Shown here piece by piece: positions 1 through 8,582 of a stretch of 64,000 nt of DNA. This DNA is from Escherichia phage mogra, in the sequence record MN850579.1. One strand, given 5' to 3'. A program made the translations under genes and the position numbers. Under the pieces are notes generated by a model. That model saw only the letters and a list, made by a program, of their open reading frames with translations, ran no database searches and was not told where the DNA came from. Numbering within the stretch: the first letter of the stretch is position 1; each line of letters begins with the position of its first letter.

Positions 1-69
1 TACTCGTCGGGTTTCTGCTCCTAAACATGTGAATGGTGGTTTTTACGACTTACTTAAGAAGGGATAATT

Positions 70-495
70 ATGGCTTTTAAAGGTTTTGAAGTTGGTAAGA
101 AATATCGTATTATCAAAGGTCAAGAAGATAATTTCTTGAGAATTCTTAATACGACTGGTAAACGTCTTAATACTAATCTGCATACTACTTTATTGTCCAA
201 AGATTTTATTGTGGAAGAGATGATTGGTTACGGTGTTTCGGTTATTGCTGTAGAAGCCGTAGGCGATTATGGCCGAACTATTCATAGTATGCAAGGTGAT
301 ATTCTGCTTTATGGTGCAGAATTTAAATTCTTTGAAGAAGTTCCGGAACCAGATACAGCTGTCGATTTCAAAAAAGACTCTATAGAATTTGTTGATGGTT
401 CTGTGATCGTATCAGGCGATGTGGTCATTACAGTTAAAAGTGAACAAGGGCGTTTGGCTGCAATTGATGCACTTCAGAAAATTAAATTTAAATAA
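70..495 (+). CDS. hypothetical protein (141 aa)
   Basis: ATG ORF from the six-frame track, immediately followed by a UUCG-loop terminator; no recognisable motif. In T4 the region upstream of gene 39 holds small early ORFs (39.1/39.2/goF) but I cannot assign one. Confidence 0.5.
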   Translation: MAFKGFEVGKKYRIIKGQEDNFLRILNTTGKRLNTNLHTTLLSKDFIVEEMIGYGVSVIAVEAVGDYGRTIHSMQGDILLYGAEFKFFEEVPEPDTAVDFKKDSIEFVDGSVIVSGDVVITVKSEQGRLAAIDALQKIKFK

Positions 496-512
496 GGGCT
501 TCGGCCCTTTTT
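496..512 (+). terminator. intrinsic terminator (GGGCTTCGGCCC hairpin + T5)
   Basis: Perfect 4-bp/UUCG-loop/4-bp GC hairpin 496-507 followed by TTTTT, 1 nt after the stop of the upstream ORF. Confidence 0.6.
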
Positions 513-536
513 GCTTTAGATTTCGGATGATAGAAT
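510..536 (+). promoter_or_regulatory. putative MotA-dependent middle promoter for gene 39
   Basis: ttTGCTTTA (matches T4 MotA box wwTGCTTyA) at 510-518, 12-bp spacer, TAGAAT -10-like hexamer at 531-536; 22 nt upstream of the gene 39 ATG. Confidence 0.4.
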
Positions 537-558
537 ACCTTCATAACGAGGAGACAAC

Positions 559-2376
559 ATGATTAAAAATGAAATTAAGGTATTGTCAGATGTAGAACAT
601 ATTAAGAAACGTAGTGGTATGTATATTGGTTCTTCAGCTAAAGAAGCCCACGAGCGTTTTTTGTTTGGTAAATATCAACAAGTTGAATATGTTCCTGGTC
701 TGGTTAAATTAATCGATGAGATTATTGACAACTCGGTTGATGAAGCTATTCGTACATCATTTAAGTTTGCAAATAAAATTGATGTGCAAATTAAAAATAA
801 TCAAGTTTCGGTGGAAGATAACGGACGTGGTATTCCTCAAGGTTTAGTTACCGACCAAACAGGTGAACAAATTCCTGGGCCTGTAGCAGCCTGGACTATT
901 CCAAAGGCTGGTGGTAACTTTGGTGATGATTCTGAACGCAAGACTGGTGGTATGAACGGCGTCGGAAGTAGTTTAACTAATATCTTCTCTACGTTGTTTA
1001 CAGGCATCACGTCAGATGGCGAAAACGAAATCACTGTTAACTGTTCAAACGGAATGGAAAACAAATCATGGTCTTCTAAGAAATCTAAAGGTAAAGGCAC
1101 TAAAGTAATCTTCACTCCTGATTTCTCTTCATTTGAAGAGCATAATTTATCTCAAATTTATTTAGATATTACTTTAGACCGACTTCAAACATTGGCAGTC
1201 GTTTATCCTGATATCAAGTTCACATTTAATGGTAAAAAGGTTGACGGTAATTTTAAACGATTTGCTAAACAATTTGGTGAAGATACCATCATTCAAGAAA
1301 ATGATAAAGTCTCTATAGCATTCACAACATCACCAGATGGCTTCCGTCATTTAACTTATGTGAATAATATCCATACTAAAAATGGTGGACATCATGTTGA
1401 ATGTGTAATGGACGATATCTGCGAACATCTTTTGCCGGGTATTAAAAAGAAATATAAGGGTATTGAAGTCACTAAAGCTCGTGTTAAAGAATGTCTCACA
1501 ATGTTGATGTTTATTAGAGACATGAGCAACATGCGTTTTGATTCTCAAACTAAAGAACGTTTAACGTCAACGTATGGTGATATTCGTAATCATATCCAAT
1601 TAGATGCTAAGAAAATTGCTCAGGCGCTTCTTAAAAACGAAGCCTTGATTATGCCTATTGTTGAAGCAGCATTAGCTCGTAAATTGGCGGCAGAAAAGGC
1701 TGCAGAAACTAAAGCAGCTAAAAAGGCAACTAAAGCTAAGGTTCATAAGCATATTAAAGCTAACCAATGTGGTAAAGATGCAGATACGACATTGTTTTTA
1801 ACAGAAGGTGATTCTGCAATTGGTTATCTCATTGATGTTCGTGACCGTGAACTACACGGTGGATTCCCATTACGTGGTAAGGTGATGAATAGCTGGGGTA
1901 TGTCATATGCCGATATGATGAAGAACAAAGAGCTCTTTGATATCTGTGCTATCACAGGTCTTATTCTTGGTGAAAAGGCAGAGAATACGAACTATCGTAA
2001 TATTGCAATTATGACCGATGCCGATCATGACGGTCTTGGAAGTATTTATCCTGCTTTGCTTGCTTTCTTTAGTAATTGGCCTGAATTGTTTGAACAAGGA
2101 CGTATTCGCTTTGTTAAAACACCTGTAATTATTGCACAAATTGGCAAAACTCAAAAATGGTTTTATACTGTAGCTGAGTATGAAGAAGTTAAAGATACAC
2201 TGCCTAAGCATAGTATTCGATACATCAAGGGATTAGGCTCCCTTGAAAAGTCAGAATATCGTGAAATGATTCAGAACCCTGTGTACGACGTAGTTAAACT
2301 TCCTGAAAATTGGAAAGAACTCTTTGAAATGTTGATGGGTGATGATTCAGAACTTCGTAAAGAATGGATGTCCTAA
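559..2376 (+). CDS. 39: DNA topoisomerase II large (ATPase) subunit, gp39 with the gp60 segment fused in one ORF (605 aa)
   Basis: N-terminus MIKNEIKVLSDVEHIKKRSGMYIGS (GyrB-type ATPase) and C-terminal part ...IAIMTDADHDGLGSIYP...RKEWMS match what I recall of T4 gp39 plus gp60; continuous frame, no stop or bypass gap. Confidence 0.9.
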   Translation: MIKNEIKVLSDVEHIKKRSGMYIGSSAKEAHERFLFGKYQQVEYVPGLVKLIDEIIDNSVDEAIRTSFKFANKIDVQIKNNQVSVEDNGRGIPQGLVTDQTGEQIPGPVAAWTIPKAGGNFGDDSERKTGGMNGVGSSLTNIFSTLFTGITSDGENEITVNCSNGMENKSWSSKKSKGKGTKVIFTPDFSSFEEHNLSQIYLDITLDRLQTLAVVYPDIKFTFNGKKVDGNFKRFAKQFGEDTIIQENDKVSIAFTTSPDGFRHLTYVNNIHTKNGGHHVECVMDDICEHLLPGIKKKYKGIEVTKARVKECLTMLMFIRDMSNMRFDSQTKERLTSTYGDIRNHIQLDAKKIAQALLKNEALIMPIVEAALARKLAAEKAAETKAAKKATKAKVHKHIKANQCGKDADTTLFLTEGDSAIGYLIDVRDRELHGGFPLRGKVMNSWGMSYADMMKNKELFDICAITGLILGEKAENTNYRNIAIMTDADHDGLGSIYPALLAFFSNWPELFEQGRIRFVKTPVIIAQIGKTQKWFYTVAEYEEVKDTLPKHSIRYIKGLGSLEKSEYREMIQNPVYDVVKLPENWKELFEMLMGDDSELRKEWMS

Positions 2377-2398
2377 GCTCCTTCGGGAGCTTCATTTT
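2377..2398 (+). terminator. stem-loop / weak terminator after gene 39
   Basis: GCTCC-TTCG-GGAGC hairpin 2377-2390 directly after the TAA, followed by T-rich TTCATTTT. Confidence 0.4.
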
Positions 2399-2418
2399 AA
2401 TTTTAATAAGGCTTAATT

Positions 2419-3519
2419 ATGAAAGTTATGTTTATCCCATCTCGTGCAGTCCCATTTAACCCAGAACGTGTACAAGGTGGTCTTGAAGCAGTACATTTAA
2501 ATGTGTTGAAATATTTAGTTTCTATTGGTGCTGATATTGATTATATCGGTTTTGATAATGACACATTTGGTGATTGGAAAGTTAATCATCATCCTGTTGG
2601 TCATCTGACTAAATTCAGTCTAGGTATGAGTTATACTATGGCTCGTAAGATTGTTGAACTAGCCGGCATCCATGAATACGATTTTGTTGTTACTATGGAA
2701 CCGACTAAACTAACCGTTCAGGCAATTAAAGACGCAGGTCTCTCTAAAGTTCATAAGAATTTTATGGCAACACCATTTGAACCGGTATCTCGTGGCATTG
2801 TTCAAATTTGGGACCAGACTATTCAAATTCATAAGAATGGTGGTAAGAGTTATGCTCCTACTAAAGCCTTCCGTGAATTTGAACGCAAATATTGTTATAT
2901 GACTTCAGGTCTGACTGACAAAATTGATTATGATTATTGGCGAGCAAATCCGTTGTTTGAAGCCGAAGATTATCCGGTTATTTGTTTGACTGAGAAACCT
3001 GAAGTTCTTCCGGCGACGGATCTGATTATTAGTGCACAACGTTATGACACTAAAATGCGTCGTACTGATGTTGCTCTTGAAGCGATTAAAGCACTAGGCG
3101 AAAATGGTGTAGGATACTGTCCTAGTAAATGGGCACCACCGGCTAAGTATCCTGTTATTATTGATGCTCCACACAGTGAAATCATGGAACGTCTTAAAAC
3201 AGCTAAAGCACTTATCAATACGTGTCCTGACACGGGTACGGTAGAGAATAGTTCTATTGAAGCCATCTCTAAAGGTGTCCCTGTGATTCAGTTAGTTTTT
3301 AAGGATTATCCGCACGCGACATTCGAATATGACCCGGATACTGTGCGTGTAGAAATTGATTCCTCTACTCCTAAGAAAGAAGTAGTTGCGCTTTACACAA
3401 AAGCTGTATTAGAATTCACTGACACATACGAAGCTCGAGTTAAACGTGCTGAAGCAGTATGGAAGAAGTATAACCGAGATGCAGTTGTTGCGATGTGGGA
3501 TAAAATCTTCACAGCGTAA
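2419..3519 (+). CDS. putative GT-B fold glycosyltransferase (366 aa), candidate DNA-modifying sugar transferase
   Basis: N-terminal MKVMFIPSRAVPFNPERVQGGLEAVHLNVLKYL (beta-strand plus Gly-rich loop) and C-terminal CPDTGTVENSSIEAISKGVPVIQ (E..EA..G.PVI donor-site-like motif) resemble GT4-type glycosyltransferases. Motif-level inference only; no counterpart at this locus in T4. Confidence 0.45.
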   Translation: MKVMFIPSRAVPFNPERVQGGLEAVHLNVLKYLVSIGADIDYIGFDNDTFGDWKVNHHPVGHLTKFSLGMSYTMARKIVELAGIHEYDFVVTMEPTKLTVQAIKDAGLSKVHKNFMATPFEPVSRGIVQIWDQTIQIHKNGGKSYAPTKAFREFERKYCYMTSGLTDKIDYDYWRANPLFEAEDYPVICLTEKPEVLPATDLIISAQRYDTKMRRTDVALEAIKALGENGVGYCPSKWAPPAKYPVIIDAPHSEIMERLKTAKALINTCPDTGTVENSSIEAISKGVPVIQLVFKDYPHATFEYDPDTVRVEIDSSTPKKEVVALYTKAVLEFTDTYEARVKRAEAVWKKYNRDAVVAMWDKIFTA

Positions 3520-3535
3520 ATCCTGAATCGCCTGA

Positions 3536-3586
3536 GGCACTATTACACATAAGATGATAGATTATATGGTCTTTAGTAATAGTGCC
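3536..3586. repeat. 11-bp perfect inverted repeat with 29-nt loop upstream of rIIA.1/rIIA
   Basis: GGCACTATTAC (3536-3546) and its exact reverse complement GTAATAGTGCC (3576-3586); the loop contains the AT-rich GATAGATTATATGG. Confidence 0.5.
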
Positions 3587-3611
3587 CTAGGAATCTACTG
3601 AAGAGAATATT

Positions 3612-3812
3612 ATGAGAACATATAACGTGGACTTGGAACTTTTTGATAAAGCAGTGCTCCGGGAATTCCGGCTTATCCAAAGATTTTTTGATATCGAGTC
3701 AGCAGAGTCCTTTAAAGAACGCTTTAAAGAAATTCGATATAAAATACAAACCGATACAGCTACTAAAGAAGAACTTCTTGAAGTAGCAGAAATTTTTAAA
3801 CGTAACTTGTGA
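3612..3812 (+). CDS. small hypothetical protein (66 aa), rIIA.1-like by position
   Basis: ATG ORF with GAAGAGAAT RBS-like sequence, immediately upstream of rIIA, where T4 has rIIA.1; sequence identity not verifiable from memory. Confidence 0.45.
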   Translation: MRTYNVDLELFDKAVLREFRLIQRFFDIESAESFKERFKEIRYKIQTDTATKEELLEVAEIFKRNL

Positions 3813-3824
3813 TGAGAGAAAAAT

Positions 3825-6038
3825 ATGATTATTGAAACGGCTAAAGAAACGATTATTGGTTCAGGCGGTAAGAGCACAGCATTCACTATTCAAGGCAATA
3901 GCAAAGTTTATAAGATTTTGTCTAATGACCTTTATACAAACAAAGAATTGGCTTGTGTACGTGAATTAATCACAAACTGTATCGATGGACAAATTCTTAA
4001 CGGTTGCACTGATAAGTTTATTGTTCAGGCTCCAGGTCGTTTGGACCCACGTTTTGTAGTTCGAGACTTTGGTCCTGGTATGAGTGATTTCACCATTCGA
4101 GGTAATGACGAAGAGCCAGGAATCTATAACTCATATTTTGCTTCAACTAAAACATCGAGTAACGATTTCATTGGTGGATTCGGACTCGGCTCTAAAGCTC
4201 CACTAGCATATACCGATACGTTTAACCTTACGTCTTATCACAACGGTGAAGTTCGTGGTTACGTAATCTACCAAGATGACACGGGTCCACAAATTAAGCC
4301 GACCTTTGTAGATAAGATGGGTCCTGATGACCGGACCGGCGTTGAAGTAGTTGTGCCTGTTAACCCAGAAGATTTTGAAAAGTTCGCATCTGAAATTGCA
4401 TATGTTATGCGTCCTCTAGGTGATATTGCAGAAGTTCGTGGTGTTAAAGATATTAAATACTTCCCTGAATTTGACGATGTATATTTGGCCAAGGAAGCTC
4501 CATGGGGTGAACGCGGTAATATCATGGCTGTTTACGGTGGTATTGTATATCCAATCGGAAGTGTTATTAAAGAACAAACATGGATGATGACACGATGCAC
4601 TACAGCTTATATTAAATTCCCTATGGGTGAACTAGATGTAGCCCCGTCTCGTGAAGCATTGTCATTTGATAAACGTACAGTAGCAAATATCCATAAACGT
4701 GTTGCAGAAATTGATGCAAAATTATTTGCTGAAGATTCTAAGAAATGGATTGATTGTAAATACCCACGTCATGTGTTCCGTGAAATTGATTCTCTTGGCT
4801 ATACCGCTCGTAAATACATGGAAAAGGCCGGGTCTAATATTGAATCACTGAAATACTCTAAAGAACAACTAACTTATTCTGAGTTGTACAAACGTTTTAA
4901 AATGGGGCCTGAGTGGTGTAATCTTGGTGTAGTATACGATATCGTTGAATCCCCTCGTCTTCGTCGTATTCGTGAAAGCGGTAGCTCAACGGCAACCATT
5001 TCAATTAACAGTCTGATTGGCATTAACATTAAAAATGTTGAAATTGTTATTGACGACGTTAATGGACGCGTTCCATTAATGCGAGCTCTTAATTCAATTG
5101 AAATGTCTAAAGACGAGGTTAAATTAACTGGTAAAGTTCCACGCGGTTTTGGTAAAAGTGTACTATTCGTTGACCCTACAGACGAAGATGCAATGAAACT
5201 TCTGGAACGCCTTAAAGTTATCTTTGATGGCGACAACATTAACATGTACAAGACTTCAGAGCTTTTACAAATCGTTAAGCCATGGATTGAAGTCAGGAAA
5301 CGGACTAATGAGCCTCGTCCTAAATCGCCAAGTGCTCATCGATTCTTTAAGAATGAAAATGACGTTTGGGTATCAGAAGACCTCTTTATTCCGGCAAGTG
5401 AAGCAGATGAAATCCAAGGTTATGCTATAGTTCGTAATCGTTCTAATGCTGAATGTCTTGACTCAGATAAAGGTTGGTTGAACTATGACTCCAATTTCTT
5501 GACCCGTATTGCTGATTTGTCAGGTATTAAAGAGTTCACTGTAGTTCGTCCACAGATTGCTAAGAAAGTTCGTAAACTTGGTGAAGTAGAATGCTTGTTC
5601 GAAAAATCAATTAATGACTATATTACGCTAATCGATAAAGTGGATTATGATGAGTATGTATCACCAAGTCGTAGAGCACAGCCCTATCTAAACCATATTA
5701 CTCGTAATGAAGAGCTTAACTTCCTTAGTAAGTATTTTAGCTCTAAGAACAAAGAAATCAGTAAAGATTTTGCAAAACTTTCAACAGTAAATAATCGTTG
5801 GGGTTGGAATCGATTCGCAGGTGCTACTAATACAGATCTGAATAAGAAGTTAGAATTGTGTGCTAAAATTTTCGATAAGCTTAAAGATAATGCTTACGAT
5901 AATGATGATAAAATGGTTATTGAATTCGAAACCAATTATCATATTGTGTCAGACTACATGGGACGACGTGGTACTCTTTCCAAAGAACAGGTCGCTCAAA
6001 TCGTTAAATTCATGAAGGCCGTGGAAGCGGCCAAATAA
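3825..6038 (+). CDS. rIIA: rIIA membrane-associated protector from prophage-induced early lysis (737 aa)
   Basis: N-terminus MIIETAKETIIGSGGKSTAFTIQGNSKVYKILSNDLYTNKELACVRELITNCIDGQ matches recalled T4 rIIA (GHKL-ATPase-like N-domain); size about 725 aa in T4; synteny with rIIB. Confidence 0.9.
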   Translation: MIIETAKETIIGSGGKSTAFTIQGNSKVYKILSNDLYTNKELACVRELITNCIDGQILNGCTDKFIVQAPGRLDPRFVVRDFGPGMSDFTIRGNDEEPGIYNSYFASTKTSSNDFIGGFGLGSKAPLAYTDTFNLTSYHNGEVRGYVIYQDDTGPQIKPTFVDKMGPDDRTGVEVVVPVNPEDFEKFASEIAYVMRPLGDIAEVRGVKDIKYFPEFDDVYLAKEAPWGERGNIMAVYGGIVYPIGSVIKEQTWMMTRCTTAYIKFPMGELDVAPSREALSFDKRTVANIHKRVAEIDAKLFAEDSKKWIDCKYPRHVFREIDSLGYTARKYMEKAGSNIESLKYSKEQLTYSELYKRFKMGPEWCNLGVVYDIVESPRLRRIRESGSSTATISINSLIGINIKNVEIVIDDVNGRVPLMRALNSIEMSKDEVKLTGKVPRGFGKSVLFVDPTDEDAMKLLERLKVIFDGDNINMYKTSELLQIVKPWIEVRKRTNEPRPKSPSAHRFFKNENDVWVSEDLFIPASEADEIQGYAIVRNRSNAECLDSDKGWLNYDSNFLTRIADLSGIKEFTVVRPQIAKKVRKLGEVECLFEKSINDYITLIDKVDYDEYVSPSRRAQPYLNHITRNEELNFLSKYFSSKNKEISKDFAKLSTVNNRWGWNRFAGATNTDLNKKLELCAKIFDKLKDNAYDNDDKMVIEFETNYHIVSDYMGRRGTLSKEQVAQIVKFMKAVEAAK

Positions 6039-6047
6039 GGAAACATT

Positions 6048-6974
6048 ATGTACAATATTAAATGCTTGTCCCAAGAAGAACAGTTAGAAGCTTACGGCCT
6101 GGTTGAATCAGGCAAATGGACTCGTCGGGAAATTGCTGATTACTTCGACATTTCAACAGATACTCTTCGTAAGATTGTTAAGAATTTTAAAGCCGAAGAT
6201 GAGACTTCGAAAGTTGAAGAAGTTCCAGAAAATGATGAACCTATTATCGGCGGCCATCGTCCTGAAATCGTATGGAATGCGTCATCTAAATTTATTTCAA
6301 TTATTGAAGGACGCGTAGCATACAATGCGACTCCATCAAGTCATGCAAATTTTGAAGAAATTAAAGCTAATCTGGTCGCAGGAAACCTTAGTAAAGCTGT
6401 CGAACTTATTAACATCAAGAAAGCTATTAGTAAGTTTGTTGACGGTAATGTTGTTATTGAAGGCGGTAGTTTATTTTATCAAGGTATAGAGATTCGTTCT
6501 GGCCTGGTTAATCGTATTATTGATTCTATGGAAAAAGGCGAAGACTTTAAATTCTATCTACCGTTCCTTGAAAACCTGTTAGAAAACCCGAGCGAAAAAG
6601 CTGTACAACGTTTATTCGACTTCTTGGTTGCAAATGATATTGAAATCACTGAAGATGGTCATTTCTATGCGTGGAAAGTAGTTCGTAAGGACTATTTAGA
6701 CTGCTATAGTGGTACATTTGATAACTCCCCAGGTAAAGTTGTTTCAATGCCTCGTACTCGTGTTAACGATGATGATACACAAACCTGCTCCCGCGGTCTC
6801 CACGTTTGTGCTAAATCTTATATTCGCCACTTTGGTTCTAGCTCAGATAAAGTTGTTAAGGTTAAAGTTCATCCACGTGATGTTGTATCTATCCCAGTTG
6901 ACTATGGCGATGCTAAGATGCGTACTTGTCGTTACGAAGTAATTTCAGACGTTACTGAATTATTTGCAGAATAA
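6048..6974 (+). CDS. rIIB: rIIB (308 aa)
   Basis: Immediately downstream of rIIA; size and N-terminus MYNIKCLSQEEQLEAYGL consistent with T4 rIIB (312 aa as recalled). Confidence 0.85.
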   Translation: MYNIKCLSQEEQLEAYGLVESGKWTRREIADYFDISTDTLRKIVKNFKAEDETSKVEEVPENDEPIIGGHRPEIVWNASSKFISIIEGRVAYNATPSSHANFEEIKANLVAGNLSKAVELINIKKAISKFVDGNVVIEGGSLFYQGIEIRSGLVNRIIDSMEKGEDFKFYLPFLENLLENPSEKAVQRLFDFLVANDIEITEDGHFYAWKVVRKDYLDCYSGTFDNSPGKVVSMPRTRVNDDDTQTCSRGLHVCAKSYIRHFGSSSDKVVKVKVHPRDVVSIPVDYGDAKMRTCRYEVISDVTELFAE

Positions 6975-6979
6975 TAATT

Positions 6980-7002
6980 GGGGACTTCGGTCCCCTTTTT
7001 TT
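6980..7002 (+). terminator. intrinsic terminator (GGGGACTTCGGTCCCC + T7)
   Basis: Perfect UUCG-tetraloop hairpin 6980-6995 followed by TTTTTTT, 6 nt after the rIIB stop. Confidence 0.7.
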
Positions 7003-7016
7003 CTTTAGGGGTAATT

Positions 7017-7304
7017 ATGATTCATCCATTTGACGTATCAGAATCCAAAATTGCTAATCTTCGTGGTCATCATAAGTGTAAATCAGTTTATTGCGCTAAA
7101 TTGGTAAAACATCCTGGTGATGCACACTACGGCTGGTTAGAATGCGACGAAGTTGTTATTGAAATCCCACCGGTAGATGCAGAATATCTTGAAGAAGGTG
7201 ACCGCATTTATTTTGGCGAACTACACATCAGAGGTATCTATGGTAAAGACGAACTTGGGGCTGTTGAGGCTGAAGAGTCTTCCGACATTTATCCTGTCGA
7301 ATGA
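7017..7304 (+). CDS. hypothetical protein (95 aa)
   Basis: ATG at 7017 with AGGGG RBS; the track ORF start at 6978 is a TTG inside the terminator hairpin and was rejected. No recognisable motif. Confidence 0.45.
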   Translation: MIHPFDVSESKIANLRGHHKCKSVYCAKLVKHPGDAHYGWLECDEVVIEIPPVDAEYLEEGDRIYFGELHIRGIYGKDELGAVEAEESSDIYPVE

Positions 7305-7797
7305 GTTTTTGACTAGCGAAATGAAGGTTAAGATTGCTGATACTGCTCGGTACTCGTTGAAACAAGATCCAGGTCAAATAAAAGAAGACGTTGTTCGACG
7401 TTGTAAGGTTGCAGTCTTTGCAGAGTATGTAGTAGCAAATTGGCTAGACGGATATGTTAATAAAGGTATTGAAGATGTAGAAGACCCGTACACGTATGCA
7501 TGGGACGTGTTAGCTCATCCTAAGTACTGTGGTCTACGCGTAGAAGTAAAGACCCATCAGATGGATTCGAAATGGATTTCGGTTACCACAGGATACAGTG
7601 GTGATTATCCGGGTGGTAATGGAATCAATATAGGGCCCTTCTTGAATCATCGAGTCGCAGATTGCATTATTATATTAGATGTCAAAGAAACCTCACCTGA
7701 CGTCTTCTCTTATTCTATAAAGTTCGTGGGAGACCATGAAGACCTAAAGAAAATCGTCCGCAAGAGCAACTACAACGGATGGTATCTTCATCTTTAA
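7240..7797 (+). CDS. hypothetical protein (185 aa from ATG 7240), possible PD-(D/E)xK-type nuclease; positional candidate for DenB-like endonuclease
   Basis: Three in-frame ATGs (7177, 7240, 7321); 7240 has a GAGGT RBS and gives 185 aa (T4 DenB recalled as 185 aa). ...AWDVLAHPKYCGLRVEVKT... fits a D-x(n)-E-x-K pattern. Lies between rIIB and ndd as denB does in T4. Start and function are uncertain. Confidence 0.3.
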   Translation: MVKTNLGLLRLKSLPTFILSNEFLTSEMKVKIADTARYSLKQDPGQIKEDVVRRCKVAVFAEYVVANWLDGYVNKGIEDVEDPYTYAWDVLAHPKYCGLRVEVKTHQMDSKWISVTTGYSGDYPGGNGINIGPFLNHRVADCIIILDVKETSPDVFSYSIKFVGDHEDLKKIVRKSNYNGWYLHL

Positions 7798-7809
7798 TTT
7801 CATAAAAGT

Positions 7810-7846
7810 GTTTACAACTAAGTAGGACTATGTTATAGTAGTCCTA
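7810..7846 (+). promoter_or_regulatory. T4-type early promoter with -10 region inside an 8-bp stem-loop
   Basis: GTTTACA -35-like (7810-7816), TATAGT-like -10, embedded in the dyad TAGGACTA(7823-7830)/TAGTCCTA(7839-7846); AGAGGA RBS and ATG at 7866 follow. Confidence 0.6.
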
Positions 7847-7865
7847 TCTAAAAGAGGATAACATC

Positions 7866-8129
7866 ATGAAATTTAAATTTTTCTACGCAAAACATAAAGT
7901 AACAGGCGAATTTGTTTCAATGTACAACACCGCAGATGACGAAGGGATGATTTATACCCATTTGGGTCTATCTCATTGGGACTCAGACGTGCCTTATATG
8001 TCATCTGAAGCCGAAATAACTCGTTTAGTTAACGGACATATGAACGACCATTTTGGTGTTATTCTTTCTAAAGACCTTAAAGAGGTTATCAACAAAGGAT
8101 ATATGGAACTCGCGGAAGTTGAGATATGA
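7866..8129 (+). CDS. hypothetical protein (87 aa)
   Basis: ATG ORF with AGAGGA RBS downstream of an early promoter; located in the rIIB-ndd interval where T4 has ndd.x small ORFs. Confidence 0.5.
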   Translation: MKFKFFYAKHKVTGEFVSMYNTADDEGMIYTHLGLSHWDSDVPYMSSEAEITRLVNGHMNDHFGVILSKDLKEVINKGYMELAEVEI

Positions 8130-8321
8130 GTTCTAAAATGTGGATAGGAATATGGTTGCTTAGTATCCCAATGATTTGTATAATATTTTCAATTGTGTTG
8201 AGGTACTTATGAAAAATGCACTTCTTATTGTACTAAGAACAATTTGTGATGCTTGGTTTTACATTGCATGTTCGTTCACTGGAACGTGGTTGGCTTTAAC
8301 ATATTTTAATGTAATTTAATT

Positions 8322-8359
8322 GTTTACAACAAGGTAGGATTATGGTATAGTAGTCCTAC
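8322..8359 (+). promoter_or_regulatory. T4-type early promoter with dyad symmetry
   Basis: GTTTACA (8322-8328) plus TATAGT-like -10; dyad GTAGGA(8334-8339)/TCCTAC(8354-8359); near-copy of the 7810 element. Confidence 0.55.
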
Positions 8360-8379
8360 TGAAACATGAGGAACACAAA

Positions 8380-8580
8380 ATGGCTAAGCTTTTTAAAGAT
8401 GTTGAAATTGGTGAAAAATTTGTTCTGAATAATGGTCAGCAGCTTATTCGTGTAGCTTCTATCGCCGGACAAACTCATAACTGTATCGCCCCAACATGTT
8501 GGATTCGATTCTTTATTGAAGATGACACTGAATGTTTAACTGTTGAAGAGCTTTTTGAACGTTCTGATATAGCCGAATAA
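8380..8580 (+). CDS. hypothetical protein (66 aa)
   Basis: ATG ORF with GAGGAA RBS immediately downstream of an early promoter. Confidence 0.5.
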   Translation: MAKLFKDVEIGEKFVLNNGQQLIRVASIAGQTHNCIAPTCWIRFFIEDDTECLTVEELFERSDIAE

Positions 8581-8582
8581 AA

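Noticed and set aside
559-2376. T4 gene 60-type translational bypass (hop) element
   Set aside because: The gp39 and gp60 portions are in one uninterrupted frame with no in-frame stop or 50-nt gap.
6978-7016. Upstream TTG/GTG starts proposed by the ORF track (6978, 27776, 41289, 43780, 44868, 50243, 62666)
   Set aside because: These non-ATG starts fall inside terminator hairpins or upstream coding sequence; a downstream ATG with a recognisable RBS was preferred in each case.
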